Source: Octopus vulgaris
Lineage: Eukaryota
NCBI GenBank assembly: GCA_951406725.2
Contig: OX597830.1
Span: forward strand, 67,518,001-67,582,000
Direction of reading: 5' to 3'
DNA length: 64,000 nt
Part shown: positions 1 to 13,409 of the stretch, piece after piece
Layout of the letters: every line of letters starts with the position of its first letter
Numbering within the stretch: position 1 is the first letter of the stretch
The notes under the pieces: model-generated
What the model saw: the letters and a program-made list of their open reading frames with translations, nothing else
Told to the model about the DNA's origin: nothing
Database searches by the model: none
Position numbers and translations under genes: made by a program

Positions 1-231
1 CTAATTTTCATAAATGTACATACAATGCTGTGCTACATGTAAATAAAAAGAGCTCAGTCTTTCTTTAAAATAGTTAAAATGACTATTCTGTTTATTATAC
101 TATATAAAAGCAACACCACTTCTACTTATATGTGCATTTTGTGTTCACCATATTAACGAAATATAAAACTGTTTTTTGAAAAGTCTTGACATGATATCAT
201 CATCATCATCATCATTGTCGTCGTCGTCATC

Positions 232-263
<32 letters not shown>

Positions 264-777
264 CATCATTCATCATCATCATCATCATATCATCATCAAC
301 ATTCTGTATGTATTATGTATGTGTGTCTATGTATCAATGGTTTCAAGCTATTTGTTTTCATCCTCAGTAGTGGACCCGTCTGCTAGAGATAGCAGTAGTT
401 CATTCCACCACGGAGCTCAAGTAGCTTGAAATTGGAGGGTCAAGTGGTCCTGTCATCTGCTACAAGATAATAAGGGTTTGCTTGCCTGCTTGAAATATAT
501 ATTGGGTGGAGATTGCCTCACTAACCAGCTGTAAACATTATATGTAAACATTGGCAAAAACACACCTTTAGTGCATATAAGTAATCTCTATCATTATATA
601 TAATTTAAACATTAATTTCCTTTGTATTTAACATTCACTATTAATATCCCTACTCTTTCTGTAAGCTACTTCTGACGTTATATTATATAACGTTTTTTAA
701 ACAATATTAATAGCGTTCAGTTAATCACTATACAAATCCATCATTTTTTGCTAAAATGTCTTATTGACGAGTTTTGT

Positions 778-873
778 TTTTTTAGTTTCCTGAAGACAAG
801 ATTGCATTGTTTATACCATTTATTCTTTTGAATAATATCAGTGGAATTTTCGAAACATGTGTCGAAAGTAAAA
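778..873 (+). ncRNA. Minimal type I hammerhead ribozyme motif (PLE-associated family, long stem II insert)
   Basis: TTTC-CTGAAGA(790-796)-CAAGA...TTTTC-GAAAC-ATGT-GTC(861-863)-GAAA. Stem I TTTC/GAAA extends. Stem II base pair is a C/C mismatch. Same family as 2177-2269 and 33461-33550. Confidence 0.65.
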
Positions 874-2176
874 ATATTTGATTTATACCTGAGTTAAACT
901 CCAGGTATATATTTATTCATATGTATCATCATCAACATCATCATCATCATTTAACGTCCGATATATGTGTATATAATACTGGGATTTTAACAACTGTTGT
1001 TCTTATAGAACTTACATATACCCGAGAAAGAATACTAGAACCATTTTACGACTGATTAGCAAAGTTATCTAATGTAGCTACCTGGCAAAGTAATCCGTGA
1101 AAAAGATCTCTTTTGAATTCTCTTGTCCAAGCAAGCAAGAAAAAGAAAAATTAATCCTACAAATGGATGAAAGATACTAAAAAATATATATATATATTTA
1201 CAGCTAAATATACAATATACCTCGTTTATGAGGTTTAATTAAATGTATATAGAGAATAGATTGAATTATAAACAGTACCAAATTACTTTTTTATATTCTG
1301 ACTTAATTTTCCTAATTTATGAGTATTGTAATAATATTTAATGATTGTTCATGCAAAACATAGAATTACTCAGAATATGGGACTTGACTATACAGTGTAA
1401 AGGAATATACATTTTCATAGGACTTCCTATGAAGTAATCCTACTTCCTAAAATTGACATCTTTGAAAGGTCACCAGTCCTTGTGAGAAAATGTGTTTATT
1501 AATAAATATATTGATAGGTATACAATGGAAAGAAGAAAGAAAGGAGAAACAAAAAGAAAAGAGCTTTGTAATGTAATTTCGAGGAATTGACCACATTAAA
1601 TTAAAAAGAAACCTCCATCTATCTATATATCTATCTACTTTAACTTCTATCTATGTATGTATCTGTCTATCCTTTCCCCTCCTATGTTATTATTCTTTCT
1701 TCTCTTTCTTGAGTTTCCTGAAACCACTCTCTCTATCTGTTTCCCCACCTCTTTGCTTTTCCCCCCAAAAACAAACACAGTATTCTCCTTTTCTAAACAA
1801 AGCAAAACAAAAATCTAATTCATATAAATGAACAGCAAAATCTTCAGTTTTTACCATTTTTATTTTGATGTTGTTTTGATGAGCTAGAAAAACGAACAAA
1901 AGCACTAATAAAGGATTATCCAAAATTCCTACTGTCCCCTTTTCTCTAAACATATGAGTGTATGTATATATATATATAAGTAGGGGAATGAATTATCCTA
2001 TGTTTATCGTCAGCATGGAAAATTCGTTAAACCGAAACCTGGGTAGCAAATTTCCGTCAGAAAACACGGTTGAAGCGACCTGTCAAGGGTAGAAACTCCG
2101 GGTTCATGTGTAGAAATTTGTGTGTTGTATATGAATAAATGAAAGAATGGAGTCGAACGAAGATGTTAACAAAATT

Positions 2177-2269
2177 CCTTTACTCTCGACACATGTTTCG
2201 AAGACAGCATATTTTCATTCCAAAGGAATAAAGGGTGCATTATGCAATCTTCTCATCAGGAAAGAAAGG
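2177..2269 (-). ncRNA. Type I hammerhead ribozyme with intact core in PLE 3' region
   Basis: Minus strand: CCTTTCTTTC-CTGATGA-GAAGA...TCTTC-GAAAC-ATGT-GTC-GAGAGTAAAGG. Stems I and II pair; stem III is AC/GT with palindromic ACATGT. Confidence 0.8.
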
Positions 2270-2715
2270 GAGCCTCTCTCGACAACAAGACAAACAAAAA
2301 TTTCGATGATTGCCTACATGGTAAACAAAGCGATAATGAGTGTTTTTTTTTAAAAACCCGTTAGAAGAATAGACGTCAAAAATAGATAGTAGGAAGAGAA
2401 GGGATAAAGTAGTGATAGTTAGGGAACAGTATGTTTGCTGTATGCATGGAAATGTGTGGGTGTGTGCTTGTGTTAATGAGTGCGTGTGTTTGTGTGTGTG
2501 TATGTGTGTGTATAACTGCATTTGTGTCTGTGTGTGTGATTGTGTGTGGAGAGAGAGAGAGACAGACGTCAAAGATAGATAGTAGGAAGAGAAGGTATAA
2601 ATGAATAATATGTAGGGAACAATTGGAGAGGGAAGGGTACATTGATTGAAAGAATTTCTCTATAGCAGTTGGGTGGACGTAAAGCTAATTGTTCAAACCA
2701 CAGTGACTATCGTTA

Positions 2716-3645
2716 TCATTTATATGAGTAGAAAGTGTGTTTCTGCCAATGTTTACATTTGTACGATTTTTCTATGAGTGTGTTTACTAGGGGAACCTTA
2801 GAGAAAATAATATGGAAGAGTTCAGAGTTACAAATGTTACAAAATCTCCTGCCCTTATCAAAAGGAAAGGATACAGACAGTATGAACCAATCTAACTTGA
2901 AAATTATATTGTTGTCTTTGAGACGCCAAACTAATTTACTTAGCCCTGTGCTATGTCGTTTTTTACTATCCCTGAATGTTGAGTAGTGGTTTGAAATTCT
3001 TTTGGATAACTGGGAAGTGGACGCTCCTATATAGAAGAAGACATCGGTACCGGAAGAAATTCTACACTGGTAAATAGAATTCTTAATCTTAGAATTACTA
3101 GACAAAAATTTAATTCTGTTGGGGTTGTCCTCCGAGATCGAGACGAAGTTTTTATTGTTATGATTGTTGTTACCATTATTATTAGCGCTAACAACTACAC
3201 TATTTCTATTATTATTAGTATTATTAATGGCATTACAACCAGTAATACCACCGACAATAATACCGTTATTGTTGTTACCATCAACACTACCATTGTTATT
3301 AACACGACTAATACTATTATTAATATTATCATTGTTAACACTTTCGCTGCTACTAATGCTGCTACTATTAATACTATTCCTATTATTATGATTGTATAAT
3401 GGGTTGGAATTGGCAAGATTAGTGTTGGAACTCCCGGGTGAAGAATCTTTGTTTAACAGCTTGTTATTGTGGGAAGATATAATTTGTGAAAGATTCCTAG
3501 TGTTAGAGAAAGCTATTCTGACCTTGTGGGAATTGATAATAGAATGATATCTAGAATTTCTGGGAAAGTTCCTAGCAACGGCTTCACGGAACTGTAAGGG
3601 AAGGTTCGATTTAATTTGTTTTCCGAAAGGTATTACAAACCAGAT
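2716..3645 (-). pseudogene. PLE ORF C-terminus: RT thumb, Asn-rich linker, GIY-YIG endonuclease
   Basis: WFVIPF..QFREAVARNFP..IISSHNNKLL; SIYQC..FYIGAS..KRISNH..TGLSKLVWRLK..CNICNSE..CKH. The ORF's N-terminal YIYIY part is (TA)n read-through. Confidence 0.85.
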
Positions 3646-3679
3646 AAATATATAATATATATATATATATTTATAAATG

Positions 3680-4100
3680 ATTGCCATCTGTTCGTGACCA
3701 AGGAAGATCATTGTTGACCTTCAGGAACATTGTGCGCTCTAGGACAAACTTTTATTTTGCATTTACAGTTCGTTGGTGGCACAAGAGCCTTGCTCTTGTA
3801 AGTATATATGACTGCAAACATTGCAAACCAACCTTTCCCCATTCACTACGCTAGCAATACGCTTTTGAGCAGCGTGTTTAAATTCTTCATGAAGAATACG
3901 TACCCTTTCTAAAGAGAGGTTATATGGAGAACTTGTTAGTGGAAAGAGACCCTGACAGAAACCAAGGCTGCGATTTAAGGACTGTCAAGTCCTCATTAAA
4001 GGCTTGTGATATGCAGGAGACCGACTGGGTGAGCAATGCCTGTCATCGCCACAGATGGAGGAGACAGGTTAAGGAGGGTGTCGATACCTTTGAAAGAGCA
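3680..4100 (+). mobile_element. RTE-like LINE 3' remnant
   Basis: LYGEL..R..G..KSSLKACD..W..A..R..WR..VKEGV..FE, a typical RTE C-terminus. Confidence 0.55.
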
Positions 4101-4108
4101 CGCACGTG

Positions 4109-4168
<60 letters not shown>

Positions 4169-4399
4169 TGTATGTATGTATGTATGTATGTATGTATGTA
4201 TGTATATATATATATCAGATTAGAACAAGAACACATTTGGTACTTTTTAATTACATATCATCCGTGCTTCATTACAAGATAAGAGTTACTTAGCTATACT
4301 TGTTGAAAATCTCTTATCTGTAATTCTTCTGACTAACATTAAGAAATAATACAAATTTACACTTTGTTATCTGTGTAGTGTGCTATGTTTTATATTTAA

Positions 4400-5750
4400 T
4401 TAAGGTAATTTTCTTTCATTGAATTTACGTGGGGAAAGGGGCCGTATGCCTGGCCTTCACCAGGCTTTCTGAGATTCATGAGAATGAGACAATTAGCATT
4501 CCTCTATGCAGTGAGAGAATTTTAGAAAGCGAATGTTCTAGGAAGGGAAAGTGGGCGTAATGTTTATAGCAAGGCTTAAAAGGGACGTGAGATGTGTGAC
4601 GGAAGAGGCGAAATGATCTAGAGGTGCCACAAGAGCACCTGACCCTGAGAAAAAAAGGCCACTGCAATAATGGTAGGAAGGCACAGAGAGAGAGAGAGTG
4701 AGAGAGAAAAGTCTGCATGTCTCTGGATTAGACGTTCATTGAGTACCTTCTAGTTAATCAGTCACGTGGATATTTTTTCATATGTTTCAGGATATCTGTG
4801 TGTGTAGCAACTATAACATCCCATATATGAGAATTACATATATTTTGGGTTTCACCTGAGCTTAATAGCAGGTTTTTGAAGTTGATGAGATGAAATATTC
4901 TTTGGTTCTGAAGTGGAAAACTAGTCTATTCAATATCAATTTTATTATGCAAAATATTAGCACTAAGAGAGCTCTTGGTCAATTCAAAATTGTTGAATCT
5001 ATCAATCAGTATGTACCAGCTTTCTTAAGATTGCTTTTGAAACTAGGAGTTGAGATATATCAATATTATTCTGATGGAGCTCATTGCACCTTACCATTGA
5101 CAACTTTGACACTGCACTATTGTCAAAGGAGCCAACAAATATGGAGTTGTATTGGTGTAGAGGTCTGACGTTTACAATACTGAAGTCTGGCATCTCAGCA
5201 ACCATCTTTCCTGTATCAGACTATCTAATAATTATATCCATTTCAACCAATAATTTGTCTTTGTCACAGTTCAAAGAACCGTAATATTTTGTGTGTGTGT
5301 TGTGTGTGTACGTGTTTTATAAGTGACTGTATTTAATGCTCTCCAGTGTTGTTGGCAAAAAATGTGGGGTTGATAGATGTTGCTTTACTTTCATCTATTT
5401 AGGGGCCATGTTTCTTACTAATTTAAGTAGAACTGTGTTAATTTGGCAGCACTGTCTGTAAAGTCCTGGGAAGATGTGAGTGTTTATGTTAGTGTGCATA
5501 TGAAGTTGACTATGTGTATTGAGGTTGAATAGGAAGAGATTGAAAACTTGTAGGAGAGAATGCATGCCCAACTGATTCCATTGGAAAATTAGTATCTGAA
5601 AGTGTTGTTCTTGTACACTACATAGACATGGCAGCTTGATAGATTGTTGGCTCACCAGCATTTTGTATTGTTCGCTGGAGAGGGAGGAGAGAGATTGCAA
5701 TATTTCCAGACTGCTATACTACGTACCATACATTTTGTAATTGAATGTCA
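4400..5750 (-). mobile_element. Highly degraded PLE remnant (tentative)
   Basis: DIIIR*SDTGKMV resembles the PLE DIII..ADKG motif. Truncated hammerhead-like CTGGTGA-AGGCC..GGCC near 4440-4465. Confidence 0.3.
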
Positions 5751-5819
5751 TAGTTAAAATGAACGGTGATGTAGGATACAGCCTAACCACCTGTATAGTT
5801 AATCGAGTTATTCAGTAAG

Positions 5820-7030
5820 ACACCATCCTCAATGACTGATGTAGTAGTATTATAGTTAGCTGTAACAAGGATAAAGGTGATGCCTTATATAGAAACAACT
5901 ACAAAGGTACCAAACTGCTAGACCAGGTCATGAAAGTTACTGAGAAGGTTATAATTCAGTTGATTAGGTATAGAATTAGACTAGATGTGATGCAGTTTTG
6001 TTTTGTACCTGCCGCAGATACCATGTTCCAAATGAAACAGCTGCAGGAAACGTATTTGGCCCAAATTAACTTTCATTGACCTGGAGAAAGCTTTCGACAG
6101 ATACCCCACTCTGTTATCTGCTGGTGTCTAAGGAAGTTAGGAATTGATCAGTGACTCGTTAAAGATGCACAAGCCATGTAAGTGATGCAGTCAGTAAGGT
6201 GAAGTCGGCCATGAATACAGTGAGGAACTTAGCATACAAGTAGGGGTTCACCAATGTTCAGTTCTCAGCCCACACTTTTTCATTATAGTCCTCCAGACCA
6301 TAACTGAGGAATTCAAAGCTGGATGCTAAAGAAAACTAATATACGCTGATGATCTTGGTCTTCTGGCCGAATCAATAGTAGAACTAGAGAAGAAATTTCA
6401 GGTACAGAAGAAAAACCTAGAATCAAAGGCCTTAAAGTTAACCTAGTAAAGAGCAAAGTTGTTGTTAACAAGAAAGCAGATAAGACTCTATTTCCATCAT
6501 TTAAATTGGTCACTTTGTAGGAAAGGAGTGGGAAGTAATACCATTCATTGCATCCAGTGTAAGCCAGGGACACATAAGAGGCGTAGTGGAATCAGAGGTA
6601 GATTAACAAATAGAGTCTTCGTATATGACATGTGCAGGAAAAATAATCTCTAAAAGCACAGGGGACTCAAATGCGCAGGAGGCTCTCTTGTGGTTGTAGA
6701 TATTTTCTGTTACCTAGGTGACCAAATTAGCAATGCTCTGAAAATATTGTTTTCAAAATAAGAATAGGATGGAGGAAGTTCAGAGAACTATTACTTCTGT
6801 TGGCAAGAAAAGGACTCTCTCTTTCTCAGAGTTAAAATAGATTAAATGATGCTTGTGTGCGAATGGCTATACTCCATGGTAGCGAGACATGGGCTATGAA
6901 TGGCTATGAATATAGACAACATGCGTAGACTGGGGAAAAGTGCAATATCAGTGTGCATATATGACAAAGTGCAAACGTATTGAGAGAAAAGTTGGGCATA
7001 AGATGAAGCAAATGCAGCATGCAATTTCAT
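5820..7030 (+). mobile_element. RTE-clade LINE RT fragment, degenerate
   Basis: FIDLEKAFD, GVHQ.SVLSP, IYADDL, CRKGVGSNTIHCIQC and FCYLGD, with frameshifts and stops. Confidence 0.8.
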
Positions 7031-8009
7031 GCCTTGCACCTAGAGTAGAAACGAACATTAGCCATATGGATTCTGTGAATCTAGTTGAATTGCAAAGTAT
7101 CTATGAAACTGCCAAGTTTGATTCTTATCCTAAATGGCTGAGCCCTCATTGGATATAATTTTACAGAAACGCTAAATATACATGGATATGATTTGATATA
7201 TTTATTTAATAACCTATTTTATATTGGTACAGTTGTAAATGTATATGTGTGAGGGAGTGTGTGAATAGATCTATTTTTTAAGGTTTGATTCCTTATCTTT
7301 GTCACTTGCCTCTGTCACATAGCGTTTTCTCCACCTTTTCTGCCACTCTTAGGAATTTTCATCACATTACTACTTGTCTTTCTTTGAGAAATTACCTCTT
7401 TCTAAATTCTTACCTTTATTCTTTGCTTACCTCTCACCCTTCATCTCTGACTGAATCAATTTCTCTTGGTATAACTTTTCAAATGCCATATAATTCCTTA
7501 AATTTTAGTTCCTTTTACATTTCCTTTATTCCATTTCATACAAAAACAATTTTTCTTCTATTTTTTGCCGATTTTGCAGATCACTTGATATATTTTGGCG
7601 AAAAATTGTAAGTCTTTTTAAATTCCTATATTTTATTTTCGCTTGATCTGTTTGCATGAATTGTGATGACTACTTTGTTGAGAATTTCATCAATGAATTT
7701 ATATAAAACGAATGTTGTATATCTTGTTTATGAATATTTTTATATATTTTCACACATTGGTACAAGTTATTATTTTTTTATTCTGATACACCAAACTATT
7801 ATTCTTCAGACTAGAAGAGCCATCTATTATTTTTCCAATTAGTAGAACTGTCTTATTGGTAGATCTATATATATGTGTTATATATTTTATATATTTACAG
7901 TAGGCTTCTATTTATTATAACATTATGGCCAGTGTAGTAGTTTTCCTTTTTGTATGGTTGGATACTGCTTTTAGTATTTGCAGCTACTATATCACATATT
8001 AGTAGAGCC

Positions 8010-8012
<3 letters not shown>

Positions 8013-8061
<49 letters not shown>

Positions 8062-8078
8062 TTATTATATTATTATTA

Positions 8079-8142
<64 letters not shown>
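8013..8142. repeat. Compound (TA)n-(ATT)n microsatellite
   Basis: Seen directly. Confidence 0.9.
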
Positions 8143-8233
8143 TCTATTTTTGAGATCAGTTATTTTATGTCACTTTGAAAAGTATATCTATCAAACAAGT
8201 GACTAGTGTCGCCATCTCTAGCCGAACAGTTAT

Positions 8234-8279
8234 TCTATGTTGATGAAGGGAAATAAACCTGAAAGCATTGATACACAGA
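8234..8279 (+). ncRNA. Degenerate minimal hammerhead motif
   Basis: TCTATG-TTGATGA-AGG-GAAATAAA-CCT-GAAA-GCATTG-ATA-CACAGA. Core C>T; stem III degenerate. Confidence 0.35.
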
Positions 8280-8445
8280 TATTGCTTTGAGCTGAGTGAG
8301 GACATTAAGCTCCCTTATTTGAAAGGGAATAGTGCGTCGTTAGCCAGCTGGAGACCCTGTTTCCTGTGGCTAAATAACAGTAACATTCGTCCAAATCAGG
8401 ATTGTCACATTATGTTCGTAAAAAATCTTTACACACACACACATA

Positions 8446-8497
<52 letters not shown>

Positions 8498-8504
8498 TGT
8501 CACC

Positions 8505-11500
8505 ATCATCATTTAATGTCCATTGTCCATGATGGCGTGAGTTGAACGGTTTTATCAGTGCTGGCAAGCTGGAGAGCTGCATCAGATTCCAGTCTGATTT
8601 GGCATGTTTTCTACAGCTGGATGTCCTTCCTAACACCAACCACTTTACAGAGTGTGATGGGTGCTTTTACGTGGAACTGCACAAGCATGTTTACCTGGCA
8701 TCAGCACAGGACTCTTGCAGAACACTCGTCTCTTTCGGGGGAAGCGACTTCATCACTTCTGATGAGGGGTGGGGTCTTCCTAAGTACAATAAGGTGCCAG
8801 GCATCTAGGTCCTTTGTTATCTCGTCTGAAAATTTAAACCTCGTGAGGTCATTCTTCAGTACTTCGTCCCATGTGTACCTGGTTCTCTCACTTCCACGTG
8901 TTCCATCAATTATAAGAGATCGGCACTTTGTGGAGCTGTCAGTATCCATTTGCATCATATGACCAAACCAGCACACTCTTTGTCTTGTGTACTCCATCTA
9001 ATTCTTCTTATGCCTAACTTCTCTCTCAAAACACTAGGACTCTGATGAACATGTACACTTATATTTTACATCCAGTGGGGCATACTTGCCTCATTCCTCT
9101 CAAACCTTCACATGTCCTTTGCATTTAAGACCCACATCTCACTACCATGTATTTACTCTCCATGTACACGCATCATACAGTCTACCTTTTACTCGGAGAG
9201 AGAAACCTTTCCTAGCCAACTGAGGTAAAATCTCACTGAATGTCCTCCATCCTATTCATATTCTAACCATCACACACTTTGTGCATCCCCTCACAACTAA
9301 TTTGATCTGATAGGCATCAGAAATTACTACTTCTAACGGCCTCCACAGCATTTGGAAGAATCAATTTCCTGAGTCTCAGTAATTTTTATGGATCCTGTAC
9401 ATCTTCTATATACAAACACGTCTGCCTCCAATAAACTTCCTATTAATCTACTGCACCTCATGTGTGGTCCATTGCTTACACTGAGTGCAGCATATGAAGT
9501 TCTTGCCTACACTTTTCCTACAAATCGAGCAGGGCCACCTACCTGAAGTGTGTAGCGTCCTGACTGTTTTCTCGCTTACTAAGATCTTAGTCTTTGCTAA
9601 GATTACCGTAAATCCTTTAGTTTTCAGGTTTTGCTACCACACTTGTAATTTCTCTTCCAGCTCTGATATGGAATCTGCTATAAAGGCAAGATCACCAACA
9701 TATAGCAACTCCCAGGGGTGGTCGGTTTTGAATTCCTTTGTTATGGCATGGAGGACAATGATGCAAAGGAGGAGACTGAGGAATGAGCCTTGATGAACAC
9801 CAACCTTTACACCAATTCTTCACTGTACTCGTGGTTAACTCTCACCTTACTAATAGCATCTCTGTACTTAGCCTGTGCAGCGTTCCCAAGCCACTCATCT
9901 ATCACTCAATTCCTCAGAACCCACCCTATTACACAGCAGAGTATTCTATCGAAGACTCTGTCTAAATCAACGAATGCCAAATGTATTAGTTTATTCTTAG
10001 CTAAGTACTTCTCTTGGAGTTTTCCTGACTAAGAAAATAACATCGGTAGTGCTTCTTCCCCGGAAGAAACCAAACAGCATTTAGTCTAGACTAATTCAGT
10101 TTCTAATTAATAGGGCTATAATTCTCTTCGTAATTTTCCTCGCCTGGTCTAGGAGTGTGATGACTCTATAATTGCTTCTATCAAAAGCATAACCCTTACC
10201 CTTGTAGCAGCTAACAATAAAGCTGCTATGCCAGTCACTGAGCATTACACCCTCCTGAATGACCTGACTAAATATGCGGGTGACAAGTCCATATCCTACC
10301 TTACCGGATAATTTGAGTATCTAGTCAGTAATTCCGGATGGACCAGTTTACATGCCTTTAATTGCTTTCTGTACCATACTGCTGTTGACTAGGATAGCTG
10401 GCCCTTCTGTTGGGTTCCTGTGTGGAGATTCCTTTATCCTATTCATTCTCCGCATTCACAACTCTTGCATAGTAACTTTTCCATGTATCCTTCTTGTTCA
10501 CATTATCCATCCATACACACGTCTCTCCCACATTGTCTCGATTCTTTCTGGCACATTGTCTAGCAATCCAGAACATTCACAGTCTCTAGTCTTTTCTACT
10601 TCTACCCTTGCTAGATATCTGATGTTTAGCTTTCTGATATAATTCTTTGCCACCCTTTCTTTTCCACTCTCTCTAGATCCATCTTTTCTGTTTTATGGCC
10701 ATGGCAACATCACTATTCCACACCACATCATCATTGGTCTGGATGAGGATTTGTCACCAACCAAAAACTTGGTCTGTTGCTCTTCCGTAGGAACTTCCAG
10801 TTGTTCTCTGTGTCATGTCTTTGCCGCTTCTTCTTTCTCATCAAAGGCCTCATTAAGGACATATCTAAATTTTTGCCCTCTTGGAGGATCCTTAAGCTTC
10901 TACAACCTTTTTTCGATATTGTCTTGTGTCTCTGGATCTTTCTGTCCCAAAGCCTGAAGTCACCAACCACTAGCTTATACTGAGTTGTACATTCTTCACC
11001 TTGATAAGATTTTGCATTTATGAGCATATATCTATCCCTGTGTCTGGTGAGGATGTAGTCAATCTGACTGGTGTAACCCCCAGATTGATAAATGGTTGGC
11101 TGGTTTTCTGAAGTTAGTGTTACAGACCAGTAAGCCATGAGCATCACAAAACCCCAATAGCCTTGTCTCCTCCTTATTTTCGGTGGTTGGTGTTAGGAAG
11201 GGCATCCAGCTGTAGAAACACTGCCAGATCAGACTGGAGCCTGGTGCAGCCTCCTGGCTTCCCAGACCCCGGTCGAAGCGTCCAACCAATGCCAGCATGG
11301 AAAACGGACGTTAAACGATGATGATGATATATATATATATATACAAGGGCAAACAATATCAATCATACATATCAATCAGAGTGTTTTCCAACATGTCCAT
11401 TGAATTCTACTCTCATGAAGAGAATGTCGCTGTCTTTCATCGTCGAGGTAGTCGTTAGAAGGGATTCGTAGAAGTGGTCCTTCTGAGTATCTGCGAGTCC

Positions 11501-11830
11501 CGCGTGTGGAAATAACTGACAATTATCTCAAACAAGGCTATTCTTAGCTTAATAATCCTATCACATACCCTGACTACCTCGATCACCTTATCCATCCATT
11601 TCTCCACTGGTAGAATACCTACGCCACCTATGACTTCATTGTTGCCTACTCTGAAAAATGTGCATCTATGCCCTTTGCTCATAAGCAGTCTAGCAGAGGA
11701 TCCCCTTCATCGTACCTCTTGGGTACAACATACATTTACATGTCTCCACTCAAGCATCTCGACTATCTCTCCATACCAACCTTTCATAGTGCCAACATTG
11801 ATTGTGATATCTCAGAGCTTCTAGAAATGG
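8505..11830 (-). mobile_element. Long RTE-clade LINE remnant (APE endonuclease + RT), interrupted at about 11180-11360
   Basis: ITISV.T, GGVGIL..EKW..V.RV.DRII, TSQIDYIL, WFGH..MD, RGR....W. The 3' end adjoins an (ATC)n-tailed repeat at 8505-8700. Confidence 0.8.
11183..11330 (+). mobile_element. (GAT)n-tailed SINE-like/RTE-tail repeat (TTAGGAAGGGCATCCAGCTGTAGAAAC family)
   Basis: Other copies at about 8510(-), 13410(+), 18190(-), 23410(+), 45835(+), 48810(-), 54090(-) and 62605(-). Confidence 0.8.
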
Positions 11831-12147
11831 GAAGAAGGTTGGAGAAATATTCTGAAAAGAAAAACATTTCTTCTGAAAAGAAAAACATTTTAAAGACCAA
11901 AGGCCAGGAGGCTGCTGGTCCCTGTGCTTAGTTTCAAAAATATCACAATTACAGTTTCAATTTCCTTTAGTCCAAGAAATCCTTAATGGGTACGCATATA
12001 CATTACAACTAGTTTGGCATTATTTGCCTATCAATTGAAATAGCGAAGGAGGGACGATGATAGATGGATAGAGACAGAGAGAGTGAGAGAGAATGTACCC
12101 GTTGCAAAGGCAAAAGAAAAGGGAATACACGCACAGACACACACATC

Positions 12148-12252
<105 letters not shown>

Positions 12253-12254
12253 GA

Positions 12255-13120
12255 CGCACTTACGAAGCTCAGGGCTAAAAGCAGAGAGTAAAGGCTTTAT
12301 ATTAGCTGTTCAAGACCAAAGCTTATTAACCTGGAACTATCAAGCCAATGTGATAAAAAATGGAGCTGACCCAAAATGCCAATTCTGTAACGATGAGATT
12401 GAAACTATAGACCACCTAATCTCAGGGTGTAGAGTCTTAGCACCTGTAGAATATAAAGCAAGACATGACAGAGTCGGCCAGTATTTACATTGGACAATAT
12501 GTCGGCATTATAAAATCAAAACCGCTGACAAATGGTATAAACACCATCCTGAAGCTGTGACTGAGGGAGAAAATGTGTCGATTCTATGGGACTTCACCGT
12601 ACATACTGACAAAACTATAAAAGCTAATAAACCGGATATTATTATAAAAGATCAGACAAAAAGGATGTGTTTATTAATTGACATGAGTATTCCTTGCGAT
12701 CAGAATATAGAGGCGAAAGAATTTGACAAGATCAGTAAATATAAAGACTTGCTAATAGAAATTGAAAAAAATGTGGCATCTCAAGGCGGCTACTGTACCA
12801 GTGATTGTAGGATCTCTAGGAATGATAAAAAAGGTACTGAAACCTATTTGAAAATGATACCAGGCTTACCATCCCTACAGGAATTGCAAAAAATCGTATT
12901 AACTGGAACGGCTCATGTACTGAGAAGAGCATTATCGCTGTGAAAACATCAATTCATGAATTTATTTATTTATTAATTTTTAAATACATATTCTACCTGT
13001 GAATTTGCATGTGTAATCTGGGAATGCATACAATGAGCTTCTCTGCCCTAGGTGTGCGGAAAACACTTGGCGAGAAACGGAAGAAAATTTGAAGAAAGAA
13101 GGAAAAAATGATAATAATAA
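12255..13120 (+). mobile_element. R4/Dong-clade non-LTR retrotransposon 3' fragment (CCHC knuckle + restriction-like endonuclease)
   Basis: LAVQDQSL..CQFC..ETIDHLISGC..RHD..LWDF..KPDIII..LIDMSIP..KISKYKDL. One late frameshift and a TAA-rich tail. The ORF N-terminus is (TA)n(GA)n. Confidence 0.9.
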
Positions 13121-13280
13121 AATGACAACAAATAAATGAGACCCCAATATTAGGTAAATAGAGGAATTTATATATGTATAGTTTAGGACAATCAGTAAAT
13201 TGTCATAATAGGACTCAGAATGCCGGAGCTAAGCTATTAGAATAACTTTCCATATATTCAAACGTTTTTTTATTGCGTCG

Positions 13281-13357
13281 GTTGTCATCATAGCTGATGA
13301 GAATGGATCGTAGCTCTTAGCTCTGGCATTTGAAACTCTGAGTCCTATTATGACAAC
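13281..13357 (+). ncRNA. Type I hammerhead ribozyme with intact core and long stem I
   Basis: GTTGTCATCATAG-CTGATGA-GAATG...CATTT-GAAAC-TCTGA-GTC-CTATTATGACAAC. Stem I pairs at 12 of 13 positions. Confidence 0.8.
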
Positions 13358-13409
13358 TTACTGATTGTCCTAAACTATACATACATACATATGCTTATAT
13401 ATATATATA

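Larger units (their letters stand above)
1985..3645 (-). mobile_element. 5'-truncated Penelope-like element (RT thumb, C-terminal GIY-YIG, 3' region with hammerhead), bounded by (TA)n
   Basis: Contains ORF 2716-3711 with PLE motifs and a hammerhead at 2177-2269. (TA)n tracts at about 1965 and 3650. Confidence 0.85.

Noticed and set aside
176-370. Poly-Ser/Ile ORF
   Set aside because: Translation of an (ATC)n microsatellite.
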